Below are positions 22,383 through 43,961 of a stretch of 64,000 bases of DNA, piece by piece. Numbering within the stretch: position 1 is the stretch's first letter; every line of letters begins with the position of its first letter. The stretch lies in NCBI GenBank assembly GCA_037447605.1, contig CM074808.1:372001-436000 (forward strand), written 5' to 3'. A program made the position numbers and the translations under genes. The notes under the pieces were generated by a model that worked only from the letters and a program-made list of their open reading frames with translations, searched no databases and was not told the origin of the DNA. The stretch is from Zygnema circumcarinatum SAG 698-1b (lineage: Eukaryota > Plantae > Zygnematophyceae).

Positions 22383-25300
22383 ATGGCAGCAAGCATTGTG
22401 AGCCTGCCAAAGCAAGTAATAAGCAGGCTGCGTTCTGGAGTAGCCATATCTGGAATCGCACAGGCAGTGGAAGAGCTTGCCAGCAATAGCATAGATGCAA
22501 AAGCAACACAAGTACGAGCTTTGAACATCCCAAAAGCGCTTCCCTTTGTGTAATTTGGCTCTTGATTGCAGGTTTAGTCAACATTGCTTAGTTTCCAGTT
22601 TTGATCATCGGCTTTAAGGTTATACTTTTTTGCAAGATTCAAGTCGAGAGAAATAGACTTGAATATCTAGTGGTTAAGCATTTGGTTTGCAGACCAACGT
22701 CCTATCAATCATTATGTGCGCCTGTTTTTCAAATAAACAGTCTTGTTTGTTGTAGACTTCTTGTCTCTCCTGATTTTAAAATTTGCCATTTTTACAATAA
22801 ATTCGACAGCTCTATTCTTAAAATAGAGCTGTCGAAACCTGGCCTCGGAAAAAACTAGTTTGACATTATCAAAACTTCACACAGAAAGCCTAAGAGTCTA
22901 ATCTAAGTAGTTTCTCTCGTTCCCCGGACAATTGGCGCCTTAGACTACAGGAGACTCAAATAATAAGCAGAGTGATGCCGCTCCTTTACTTAAACATGCG
23001 AACACTTTTGCCTTAGAATGGCCAATGAATCACAAAAAGTTTCGATTTAGCAAGAATTATGCTGAGAATCTGCTTCAGCACGACAATGCAGAAAGAGCAG
23101 CTGCAAAACGCCAAGGAAGACGGGGAAATATAAATATTTACGTGTAGGCTCGTGGTTGTTTTCTTTTTGCAGATCTCAATACTTGTGGATCTAACTAAAG
23201 CGTACATCAGAGTGGAAGATAACGGTATGCGCACTACCTGGCAGGGTGGTTTTTTGAAAAATGACCCTGTTATAAAAATGAATCTTGACGAGTGCTTCTT
23301 TGATGGATTTTTTTGCAAGTGTATGCCAGCATTGGCTTTGTGAGTGCGATCTTTTAAATTTTTTTGACCGTTTGAAAAAATAAAAGGGCAATCGTTTTTG
23401 TATCCAATCTCTCTGAGATATGATATCACCTTTGAACATTCATGATCAGCAATTGCTTTGGCAGTAATGGTTGATTTAACTTTCCAAGAAATAGTGTACT
23501 GTCTTGCGATTTCAGTCATTGCTTTTTTATATGTAACATTTTTGGATACAAATCAGAAGGATGAAGGCTACTGTTGTTTGCTCTTGTACTTTACCCACCT
23601 TTTTTCCCATGGTGGTTCCGCCAGGGCTTGGAATCTGCCGGGAAGATTTGAAACTTATAGGGGAACGGCACGGTGAGCTCCTAGTAGTCCCAGGAGGCTG
23701 GTCCGAAATTTTCACCGATGCCTCCAAGTCCTTGAGATAGTCCTTGAGATGAAACTTTTTGTTTCTCTAACGGGTTTTTTGTCGTTTCGTCATGTTCATT
23801 ATTGTTAGGCTTCATCTCGAACCCCTAGAAGTGACACTTTCAGCATGCTGACTATAGACTCCATCATGTCCATACTGATTAACTTCATGATGAAGGTGTT
23901 TTCATCCAGTATTGTCTATTTTCCTTTGTTGATGGAAATAACCTACACTTATTGACGTAAATGTGAGGCTACGTTAACGTCGTTCCTCTGTTTAAAATCA
24001 GCAGTATTTTCCTTTGATTGAATGTGTGCAGCAACGTCCAAGATTAGGTCCTTGGATGAACTTGAGCGTGGACCTTCAACACTGGGCTTCCGTGGAGAGG
24101 CTCTTAGTTCATTATCTGATGTATCATTGGTCGATGTAACTTCATGTGCAAGGGGTTCAGCTTTAACACACTGTAAAATCATGAAGGTCAGCGAAAACCT
24201 CCTGAATATCTTAAATGTTGGATGATTTTCCTTACATGGATCTTGAGATAATAGTGTCAGCTTACGCTGATTTTACGATAACTTGCATGTCTCCCTTTAA
24301 ACCTATGCCTTCGCCAGTGTGACTGTTATTAACTTTATTTGTTCCCTGTGTTCTCTACTTTGAAGCAGGGAGGTCAAACGCTTTCATTGGGGCTGTCATC
24401 AGACAATCGACCGTCAGGAACGTCAGGTACATTACTATGGCAGTTTTGCGATTGATGAAAACCATTATGTGGCCTTTGTGAAATGCACTTGACAAGAAAC
24501 ACATAGAATAGTGTTTGGAAAGGGTTTTTTCAAGAAGCAGCGAATGTTTGTGAATGAAAGAACCAATCCTCTTACATGTGCAGGCTTATTATATCCAAAG
24601 ATTTCAGTCTCAAATAGATGATTAATCTTTTTTGACATCTTGATGGTCCGATATGCCTAACGCAGTAAAAGCTGTGTTTGCCTGCTTTATGCATTAAGCT
24701 GTTCTTGTCAATGACCTTTCGGCATCTTTCAAAGCTATTGTGATAATCAATGCTGGCATTTTGACTGACAGTCTGATTTGCCTCCTTTATGTGAAGTGAC
24801 TGTTCGTGATATGTTTTTTAATCAGCCCGTACGAAGGCGCCTGCTACATGCAAGGTGAGGATTGTCGTAAAGCTCCGTTTTTAGTAAGTTAAATGTAATC
24901 TCTTGCAGCAGGAATCTCCCTTCCAATATTACAGGAGTGATTGCACTGTTGTCTGTCCAACCCAAGCTTGCCTGCCCAACTGCCCGTTTTACTCGTTGTA
25001 CTCTTTTTCCAATCTCTCCTTCCCTTGTTCGCTGGGAAAGCTAGTGGAAACTGTCTGCGAGACGTTTCATTTATCTTTAAGTTACTCTTCACCTAGGCAA
25101 AGATATGTTCTTCATCAACATGGTTCCCTCGCTTCTTTCATACCCAGCCTTAATGCACTTTCCACTTTTTGTTGGCCGATACAGCCTATCCAAGGAGTTG
25201 CTAAACATCAAGGAACGAATTCTGCGACTTGTGTTGGTAAACCCCGAAGTGGCTGTTACCTTCATAGACAAGAACAGGTTCGTGCCTGACCTCCGTAATC

Positions 25301-28300
25301 GGGCTATATCAGTGAAAATGAGCATCACACAAGTCATTTACTAGAACTAATATTAAAACATGGATTTCAGAATTTTACATTAATCAACATCTGACGGTGC
25401 TTTCCTGTTGTTCTGGGTATTGAACTTGATTTCGCTGTTAATCAGTAATATTGGATAAACCTCTGCCTGTTCTCTTTCTCTTTTTAGCGACAGCCTGTTG
25501 ATATTATACATTTGGCAGTTGACGATCACGACTGTGATATCTTAAAGAGTGTATAGTCCTGATGGAAGGGTATTTCTACCTAGATTTCTCAGTGAAATGA
25601 CATGTTGTTAATCTTGTTTCCGTTTCTAAAGTATCTCATTCTTGGGCGTAAGCTTAGATAACCAGGCTACATCTCAATATGTTTATCTGATATTTTTCTA
25701 CTCAAGGGGTTTGATACACTCAACGGAACACAAACAGCTTGTGACTACAGGTGAGTTTATGATGAGTAAAGAGTATAAGTTCCGATTGACAATCATGCCT
25801 GGGGCCATAGTAGTAAGTGCTAATCTTTGTCGATAGAATTTGCAGAAATCTGGAAATCTTCCGCACCCCCGCGTCTCAGACAATGCTCGGTTCTTTGAAG
25901 GCCATCTTTGGAGAGAACTTAGCAAACGGTTTGCAGGAGGTACACGTTTGCAAGGGCCGCTTTAAGCTGTCAGGATTTATCAGTCGTCCTCAGCGCGGCC
26001 AGTCATCGAAAGCAATTCAGTACTTTTGTATCCTCCCATGCCACACAACTATGAACTTGATGTTTTCTTTTTCAGAAATTTCAGTAGGATTCGAAACGGA
26101 TGCGTCTGCTTTGGTTACTGTGCTTTACCTGCAGTGCTACTCTTTTTGGCGAGGCATGGCCAAAGGAGCAAGTTTTTGAATATAGGTTACACGTGTTTCA
26201 CCTATCCGTAGTCATGGATGTTTGTCTGTCATGGGCCTTTACCTTCAACATAGCCAGCATGACTGAGGTTAACTATGTACGTTGTGTCAGAGTCTCTGAA
26301 GCCTCTGCGATTTGTATTGCTTTCTGGGCTCCTTAACATTTCTGTCAGATCTAAACCGAAGATATGTGGCAAAAACACCAGCTCATAAACTCCTAAACTC
26401 ACAATTCGCAGCCTGCTTTACTCAGAAAGCAGTCAATGTGAATTCCGGAAGGCTCGTGGAGGGAAAAAATGCGCACATTGGAGGAAAGCACGAGAAAGAA
26501 ACGGCTGCAGCTGTTGGGGCCATGAAATGTTCTTTCCCTGCGTTTGTTGTTAATATGAGCTGCCCTTTGGTGGACTATGACATTACTTTCGACGTTACGA
26601 AGACGCACGTGCAGTTCAAGGTAACTCTGGACTTCCGTTTTCATTGGGTATGCTGCTATCTGTAGGATATACATCGCTCCATTTCTGTACTCAATTAACC
26701 TTTGTTCCCGAGCTTGTGGTCAAGGAAACAAAGCTAAAGCAGAACAGAAAGAACAAGAAGTGAATCAGTGTGCTCATATTTTCTACCCGTTCAATGTTGC
26801 CTTCTGTACTTTATTTTTGAAGTACAGGACTGGGCTCCAGTTCTTGCATTCCTGCGGGAAGTATTACGCGAGTTGTGGGGAGATCTGCTGCCGAAGGGTC
26901 CATTCATTGAAGGCATGGTCCCATGACGCACTTTTAGGATTCAGCATTCTGCATTGATTTCCTAGTCTAGCTTTAGTTTAGCTTATGTATGTTCTATAGA
27001 TCTGCTGCATGGTCTGATATCTTCCTTTGGTCTGACAGGAAAGAAAGAAGATGCAATTACAGGCGACCTTCAGAGCCCTACACGGAATAAGCAAAAGAGG
27101 ATTTGGCAGCATGATGACCCGTCTTACAAACCACGGCATTTGTCTGCGGTGGCAACTACCACCCAACAGGTTGGGTTTAGTGGAGAAATTGAACATGCGG
27201 AGGGTCTCTTCAGATACCAGCGGCACAATAACACTGAAATAGGTCGGGAATGCTTCACTGAAGATAACTCGAAGGAGAATATGAACTCGGATCAAGGCGA
27301 GCATCTGGGGGTTAGAGGTCTCGCAACGCCAAAAAAACGCAAGCGGATTGGATGGCTTCCGGAGCTTCCTATAGATGTCGGAGTCCCATCAAGAAGGTTG
27401 TTTGGAGCAGAAAGATTTTGGGAGCACGATCAAGATGTTGCGAGGCAACTCTCACTAGGGAAAGACGAAAACGTGCCCAGCGAACCATCACTCGACAGAG
27501 GATCGCTGAATCTCAGCGACGTTTTGTGTGAAGATTTTCCCGAAGGGGTTCGTCAACTTGGTTGCAAATCTACTGATGTAACCCTGAATCCGTCTACTCC
27601 TTCTGCATCTTCAAATTCGCTATGTGAACAGTCAGGTGGACGTGATTTTCCTTCCTTGGCGCGCAGCGATAGTGACGAAGTCATCTCTTATGGACTGACC
27701 AGCCCAAGAAAGAGAAGAAGCTCATTCTGTTTGCTTGATGAGTTGCCACAAAATGGACAATTGGACAGCGAACCTCCACCAACCACCTCTTCCCTGAATC
27801 GAGACATGGCCAAGGCCGGCCAAGGGCACTGGATAGGCAGCAAACAGATCAGGACATCTCCTTCTTCATATATTCAAAATATTCAGGAGCCTTACAGGTC
27901 AATAGCGTCTGAAGCTTTCTATTTTGAAGATGAATTTGAACCAAGAACCGGCGCTAAACCTCTTCTGTGCGAAAGCGAAATAAGCAAGGAAAAATCTCCA
28001 TTGAGACAGTTTGATTCAGTGATGTGTACATTCGGGTCGGGCAATGAGGATTCTGATGAACTACCTCCGTGGGATACCTATGAGATGGAACGGACTTGCA
28101 CTTCACCGCAAGAATGTGTATCTCGTGGAGGAGGCTATAGACGAGGTAAAGAAAAACATCCCTAAGCTTTAGGTGCTCTGATAGCATATACCCGTGTTTT
28201 GTGTTTTTGCTGTTGAGTGTTCATAAGAGGACACATGTGGATGAGTGCAGGCACAGGACAGAGGAGGTCAGAAGATTTCTGGGCAAGTCCGCATGGGGAA

Positions 28301-30495
28301 AACTATTCGAAACAAATCTCGACTGACGCCCACATAAACCAATCATTTCCTGTATCTTTTGATAGCCATTCTTTTGGAATGGGTGACAAGGGTCTCAGTT
28401 CACTTTATAGTATGGGGGTGGGTGATAGAATGTTTCAGGGTCTTGAGGAGGAATCTTTTTTCAATCTTAAGGAACATAGCGTATATGAAACCTTTCCTAC
28501 TTCAAAACCAGAGTGCTTTTCGGAGTCAGTGCAGATGTCTGATTGCGACCCAGAATTCTGTAAGGAGGATTCTTGGCTTACGTCTAGAGGTGTAGGAACC
28601 TGTCTTGAAAACAGATCAGCTCAATCTGGTTTTCATTTGCAACAGCAGCTGAATAACATTCGTTCGGGTCATAGGCAAATCTCTATTGAGGATCCGTGTA
28701 AGTGCCTGTCCCCAGTGCATACCCGATTAAGTTCAGAAAGCCACAAGTTTAAGTTCTCAACTAGTCCATCTGCACATCAGGATAGCCTACCTCGAGCATG
28801 TGAGCAATATCTTTTGGAAAGTACTCCCGGTAGAAGCCCATCTCTGGGACGAATGAGTAGCAGTAGTACAAGTGAAGGTGCGACACGAGTTAGACGGGCA
28901 AGTTCTGCTCCTCCATTTTACAAGCCAAGAGGGAAGTTAAGCGTCCATGGTAATCCACTGAGCAGTGTGGCTACCAAAAGCTCTCGGGCAATGCGGCATA
29001 ATGGAGCACTTGCAACTGCAGGTGCTTAGCTGCCGTAGTTCTGCCACTGAGCCAAACTAACTGGGCAGACATGTTTGCTTCAAATTGGTTCAAGTTTGAC
29101 CAAGCTGTCCGAACCATGCCCGTTTGTTGCGATCCATCACTTTTCTAAGATCAGTGGGGGTGGGGGGTGGGGGTCGGGACTTGATAATGCAGCATCACAA
29201 AAGAGCCTATTTCTGGAGGTGCATGATTCCCCAAGTCGTCAGGCACTCAGGTTTGAGGTTCATGGCCTTCCCAGATGGTTCTCCCAGATGGCTGGCGGAA
29301 TTCATGACTTGTTCTGAAGTTAGCAACCTATTGTCATTTTGACGTCAGTTTCAATTTCAACTTCTGAGTTCTGGGGCTAAAACTAGCTCTGTCTCTGTTT
29401 GTTGGTATATTCAGAATTGGATGCATTTATTTCAAGTTTTAGGTCTCTCGTCTTGCTAATTCTATTCTATGTCGTACTGTAACCTCAACACTATTCCAGA
29501 AGTTAGTTATATTCAAGCCAAGGACTGTCATTTTTGTACGACAGTTTAACAGGTACATTTTTCCTTAAGTTTGGGCAGAACTGGAAAAAACGTACCTTTG
29601 TGCTTCTCAGGTGTGGAATTTCCTCTTCCCCTAAAGAAGGACCCAATTTGTCAAGAGACTTAGGACTCGACGTTTCAGATCGATGCACAACACCACCGAG
29701 GCAGGCAATCGAACAGCATTCACATAGTTTGCTACACAATTTTGATGATCAAACTTTGGATAAAGGAGAACGACTGTCTGAAACTATATCCGGGAGAGCA
29801 AAGGAGCCAACTGGAACGAGTCAGACAGTGGTTGAAGAGACGGTGAAATTGTCAAGTGCGAAGGAAAATGGTATCCTGCCGAAGTTTCACAACTCTTCCT
29901 CACGCTTTGATGCCCATGCTACAGTGGTATACGTGTCATACTCCTCCCTATCGAGGTCTAAATACAGAAAGCGGAACAACTTTCGCAAACGATATTCTTT
30001 TTTCTTCATTCATTTTGTATTGACTTGTCCAGTATACACACAGCTTGAATCGTATAACTTAATAATCGGAATTGGCTCTGTTGCAACGGGGTACCTCTCA
30101 ATGGCCCCACTCTAATTTCGGGAAAATCACAGTGCAGGCCGGGTAGGCTTGGTGTCGTCTTGGTAGTTTGCCTCGTTTTCATTTCCAGATTCTGGTATTG
30201 GATGATTCTTGACTCTGTTTTCAGCTGCCATGCCAATGGCCGTTGAGCGCTTGGGGTCCGGAGAAAATGAATCTGAATGCTTCATGTCCAAGTGGAGGCA
30301 GGAACGTTTCTGTGAATCTGTTCAAGCTGTTGATGGTAATTTGGAGCCTCAAATCGATGATCGGACAGTGGCTTCCATGTATCAGGTGAGAGTTGAAGTT
30401 TACTGAGGACATTACAGCATATTAAGCGTCCAGGTTAAGCCAGCAGAAGCTCTTGCTGGCAGTTGTATTACGACACTCTCTCTCTTTCTCTCTCG

Positions 30496-30541
<46 letters not shown>

Positions 30542-33500
30542 CCTCTGGAGACGTGTTTTTTAAGGAGATGCGGGTTGAACGAAAGGAGAACGGAGTAACA
30601 TATGATGCTTCAGTCTTGTCCCTGAGGAGCATGATTTCACTTCTTATCTGTATGTAGCGTTTGCTGTAATGCAGATGTGGAAAAATCCTTGCTTTCGCAA
30701 TGAGCAGACGGGCATTCTGGACCTGGCCACATTGGTTGTGGGACATGGGATTTCCTCAGGGGCCAGTTTGGTCCCAAACTCAATTGCTGCTGGGAAATTC
30801 CAAGAGGCCCGGGTGCTACAGCAGGTTGATACAAAATTCATCGCCGTGACTGCTCAAAACACACTGCTGTTAGTAGACCAGGTGGGGCCTCAGACTTATC
30901 TGCTGCTATGATCTTGTTGCCTTTGAACGGTGGTTTGGCCTCATTCCACACAAGCTGGTCCACTCCTTAAGCATGACTGACACATTGATCTGACCGTATA
31001 TGCATGCAGCATGCAGCTGATGAGCGAGTTCGTTTGGAGGAACTTCGGGAACAGGTAGGAGTAATGGAGCGGCTCACACCCACTACATTTGTTGCTCTCA
31101 TGGTGTTAATAAGGAAGTCTTGACTAGTGATGAAGCTTTTGCCTCTCGCTTGCTGTTAGTGATGTGCTTGCTTTGGTTTGTTGTTGCCTTCTACTTTCTG
31201 GAATTATGTCCACAAACGCCTGCACTTCTGAGTTTTCGCTGAAACTGATCTGCTGTAACCGTTGACGGAAATCGACTGCATGTGCTGTTATGACTGTCCT
31301 TTGACTGGTAATCAGATCGTTGGTTGATACAATGCCTTGTGAATGACCAGATTCTAGACCCATCATACAGGCATCAGGCTGTACTTCTAGAACGACCGAC
31401 CGAAATGGTAAGTTTCATTCAATCTTGACTTTCTTCACATTACTGCAGCTCCGTTGTGTGTGAATCGTAGTTACTCCATGTGTATGGATCCTCACCCTGA
31501 GCAGGTTCGTGTAATGGATTTGGACATACTAGCCAAAACCATGTATGTAAAATCGCTCTTTTCTTTTCGGTGCTCAGCTCTAGACTGTTGTTGTCAGTTC
31601 AGACATAGAAGATGTTTGTCGAGTCCCTTCAGGCCAGCTCTGTTAATCAATCTTGGACGTATCTTTTAGTTGACGGGACAGTCTGCATGCGGCGGTTCAG
31701 GCATCTTGTGGTGTTCAGAGCGACATGCGAAAATGAAAGTAGAATAGTACTTGAGGGCAAGTAAGTCTTATACGATCTTGTATGCTTGTGGATTGCAGGT
31801 TTTGACTATGGCGGAAGAACAGGCCCTTTTGACATATAAAGAGAGAATTGAGGCTTGGGGATGGCGATTGAAGGTTGTCCATAGCTCGTCTAATCAGGGA
31901 AGGTGAGTTCTTTAGGGAAGGAGAAGGAGAGTCCTCTCTGGATTCCTTCAATATTCTTCCATGCCGAGAATGTTACAAAAAATTTAACGGCCCACTGCTG
32001 CGTATTATAGCGTCGGAAAAGCAGAAAACGAGTTTTTTTGTTTGTCTGTTTTGTTTTGATTCATTTGCTTACTAATTTGTTTCAATTCGCCTCTTTGCAC
32101 TATTGACATTCCTGTTGCTGAAATTCTTTCCTGGCAGACTTGGAAGCTCTGCAAACTCCTTCAGCAAAGTGCTTCTGAGCGCAGTAAGTTGACTGCCCAG
32201 TCGGGGCTCGAATGTCATATATCATTTAATGTTTGGGGGTTTTCAAATTGCGACCTTAAGCGGCCATTAGGAGCGTGGCTTTTAAAGCGTTATTATTTTC
32301 ATGCTTTCTATCGCACTCATTTTCTTGAACATCAATTCTCTTTTAAGGGGCATGTGAGGTTTATCCCTATCCTCATGATTTTTCCATCATGGCAAGCAGG
32401 TTCCCTGCCTTCTGGGTTCCAATCTTACGTCGAAAGATCTAAGCGAATATTTGTGCCAGGTGAGCTGAAACTTGTTTCTATCTCTTGCTTCCATCGTTTG
32501 CACCCTGTTGCTTTTTATTGTCTCCTCTTTCCTGCAAGCGCCAAATGGCCATTGTTTTAAATCCGTTTCCTGCCCTTGGCATACGGCGTTTTATACACTT
32601 GTATGAACTGCAAAAATGCAAATACTCTTTCATTTTTGCCCACACAACTGATTCATGAGATGTGATCTCACTAAGTAGCAGATTGAGTATTGAGAACTGC
32701 TAACTTGCGTCTGATGGTAAGGCTGGGAGCAGTTGATGGAAACACACGGAACATCGAGTGCACCTGCTGCAGTGATTCGTTTGCTGAACTCGAAAGCTTG
32801 CAGAGGTGACAATATTCACTCTATTTGTTCATGCAGCGGTCCTTCATGTGCTATCATTCATCCATCAATGACGACTCTGTTTGTTAGAATTCATCATGTT
32901 TCCTATTTCTTAAGAGTCGAGGCAGGAAGTGTAATGCCGGGTAATACATAGTACAAAACCTGGGATACCTCAACTGTGAGTCCTGCTTCATACACATTTT
33001 TACTCGAAGTCTTTCAAGGATTTGTCAGTTACTGAGGGGACATCCTCTGTACGGACCTCTTATTGTAATACCCAATCCTTCTTTTTGGCGAAGCGTCATC
33101 GATAACTTCCGCCAGTAACGTTTCTTTCGTGATGTTATTCTCACAACTTGTGTTGGGATTTGTTGCATACCCAGGGGCCATTATGTTTGGAGATGCTCTT
33201 CAGAAATGGGAATGCCAACAGCTAATAGAGCACCTGAAACTTACCCAGCTTTGCTTTCAGGTGAGTTCTGTCTTTCTGCTTCTATCATTGTGAGCAACAA
33301 AAGCAGTAGTTTCCCTTAGCTAGCTTACTGAGTAGATAGCCCTAAGCAGGTAATCTCCAGCTTGGATTTACACCCAATGACATAGCGAAAAAATTCAGAT
33401 GTAATTGTTGGTGCCTTAGTGAAGTAAAGTGAGTACAATCTGCGGTCTTGATGATCTCAAAGCTGTTGGGCCTGCGACTCTGTACATGTGTCATCTCTCC

Positions 33501-34050
33501 CCTCTCCTTCTCCTCCTTTCCTCCCAGCTTCCTCCTGTCCTCCCCTTCCTCCTCCCTCCGTCACCTGCTTCCTCCCATTCTCTTCCCACTAATCCCCCCT
33601 CTCCCCCCGCCCCCCCCCCTCCCCCTTCTCCCCCCACCCCCCCTTTTCCACTCTGTCTCCCTTCTCTTCCCCCGTCACAAACCAACGCCTTTGGTCCCTC
33701 CTTTACTGTCCTTCCAGTGCGCCCATGGCCGGCCCACCATGGTTCCTTTGGCCAACCTTCAAGCCTTAAGGCGGAGGCTTACCCTCTGCATGTCAGCTTC
33801 AGCCAGAGACTCGCGTCTTGTGTCTGACCATCCGAGCCATAACCACAGCCTTGTAAGGGAAGCGCCAGGGGGAGCGAGCCTCCAAGCCAGGCAGCAAGAT
33901 GTGAGTGCCTCCTTCCTAGGGACCCGCAGGGATGTGGCTTTCGCTGTGGCTGTGGATGCTTCTCTTGGGTCCCCTCCCCTTATGAGCCGCCGCCCCATCA
34001 CCGCTGCTCGGGCTCGGGAACGGCTCTCCAATGCTCAGGAGATGCTGTGA
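22383..34050 (+). CDS. MLH3: DNA mismatch-repair/meiotic MutL homolog MLH3
   Basis: N-terminal GHKL ATPase: MAASIVSLPKQVISRLRSG...QAVEELASNSIDAKATQ, VEDNG, LGFRGEAL. Long S/E-rich linker exons at ~27040-29020. C-terminus: ARVLQQVDTKFIAV..LVDQ|HAADERVRLEELREQ (intact DQHAxxExxxxE), NSKACRG|AIMFGDAL, CFQ|CAHGRPTMVPL. Confidence 0.96.
26028..26348 (+). other. U12-type (minor spliceosome) GT-AG intron in MLH3
   Basis: Donor GTATCCTC, branch TCCTTAAC at 26330-26337, acceptor CAG at 26348. Splicing restores KAIQYF-Y-LNRRYVAKTPAHKLLN. Confidence 0.85.
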
Positions 34051-35156
34051 CTGGCCTGCGATGTTTAAACGGGAGCGATTATTGTTTTAGCGGGGGGGGG
34101 TGGGAGAGGGGGATTGGGAAGTTGAGGGTAAAGGAAAACGAAGAGGCCACTTTCTTCGTATAATTAGTGTGGTATGGGTCCATGATGCATGTATGACTTC
34201 GTAGCTTCTCAATTGATCACGTTTTGATGATGCGATTCTTGATCTTTAAACCCAGTAGCATACTCGATTTTCATATTGTTGGGGAAGTTGGAAAAATAGC
34301 CCAAATCAAATTTTCACACAAAAATTGAGCCTTTCGCAAGCGGCAAATGCCGCTCCAAATTGAAACCGGAGCCTGCAGCTGCAACCCGGGGGTGGGGGGG
34401 GGGGGGGGAAGGCCCGTCAGACCGCATCCATAGTGTAAATCCGTAGCTTTTGGAATTTGAAGCCAGTCGGAGGAAAGTGGGGCTTTTCCACTTATATTAC
34501 GCGACTCAGCACACCTGGAAGTGCTTTCATCGGCTTGCTCATAATCAATTCGGGCAGAGTATAACGTTTTGACGGCGAATCATGGCCATTTATAGCGTGC
34601 CACATGTTTGTCGCCTTAACGCTTTGATTCGGAATTTCAATTTCGCAAAATTTAGAACTCGTATAGGTAGAGGTTAGCTGGAACATGTACAAAACATTCC
34701 AACAAATTGTGAAGCATGCCAAGTTATCCTGTTGCTCTTTGACCTCATCTTCCTGGTCTTATTGGAACGGAAATGGGAATAGCAACATCGATAAACGCAG
34801 CTGTCGGTTTGAAGGATTTTCTGTGCCTCTATGGCTGCGAGAGTTTTTTGGGCTCTCCTCGAAACCTCGGATTTTGCCCACCACGGGTGTTTTGTGGAAC
34901 ATTTCAAAAGCTCGGGAATTAGCTTCGAATTTCGAAAATTTGGAGGCTGTACCGAAATTTACAAGAGCTGAATGTTTACGACCTCGCCACAAATTTTCCA
35001 ACTCGTCAAGACATTTACGAATTTTTATGAACAAGTCATCGATTTCTTTACCACCAATTAACAGGATACTGAAAATAAACCGCACCAGAACAGAATCGAC
35101 AACAGTTTAACTCATGAAAAAGAAAAAAAAAAAACAAGTTTAAACAATAGTTTATC

Positions 35157-43348
<8,192 letters not shown>

Positions 43349-43721
43349 GGCCGGAGAAGCTGCCACGTGGCAGCTGCCGCCTAGCGCCCTCTCGGCCGCG
43401 TGGCGGGGAGGGAAGGGGAGCGGATGGGAAGGAAGTATCGCGATACATCGTGCTACATCGCGATATATTGGAATATACTGGAATATGTCGGAATGTCTAT
43501 TGAAATATGGAGTCACGGTAGATCGAACGAGAGTGAGCGAAGTGCAATGTTGAGTACATGATCAACATTTGTTCAAACGACCAAAGAAAAAAAATGTTGG
43601 GTTAGAAACTCTCATGAAAGGACTTGACTCACTTGGATGGTGCGCTCGAGAATATTGTTTGGATAGTTACGTATTGCTGGGTAACGCTCGAGAGTACCCT
43701 CACTGCTGGCTATTGTGAGTT

Positions 43722-43821
43722 NNNNNNNNNNNNNNNNNNNNNNNNNNNNNNNNNNNNNNNNNNNNNNNNNNNNNNNNNNNNNNNNNNNNNNNNNNNNNNN
43801 NNNNNNNNNNNNNNNNNNNNN
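43722..43821. other. Assembly gap (100 N); further 10-N gaps at 41763-41772 and 45297-45306
   Basis: Runs of n in the sequence. Confidence 1.
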
Positions 43822-43961
43822 AGGGAGGGGGAGGGAAGGGGGAGTGGGGAGGGGAGGTGGGGCAGGGAGGGAGGGGAGGGAAGGAGGGGAGGGGAGCAGG
43901 ATCTAGAGGGGAGGGAGAGGAGGGGGAGGGCAGAGGAGGGGAGGGTAGAGGACGAGAGGGG

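Noticed and set aside
22117-22584. Minus-strand 155-aa ORF, and similar ORFs opposite MLH3, GMII and MET1 exons
   Set aside because: Antisense shadows of real coding exons.
31124-31366. 80-aa antisense ORF inside an MLH3 intron
   Set aside because: No motif or splice support; the length is compatible with chance.
34492-35110. ORFs between the MLH3 and GMII stop codons
   Set aside because: They fall in the expected convergent 3' UTRs and show no family signal.
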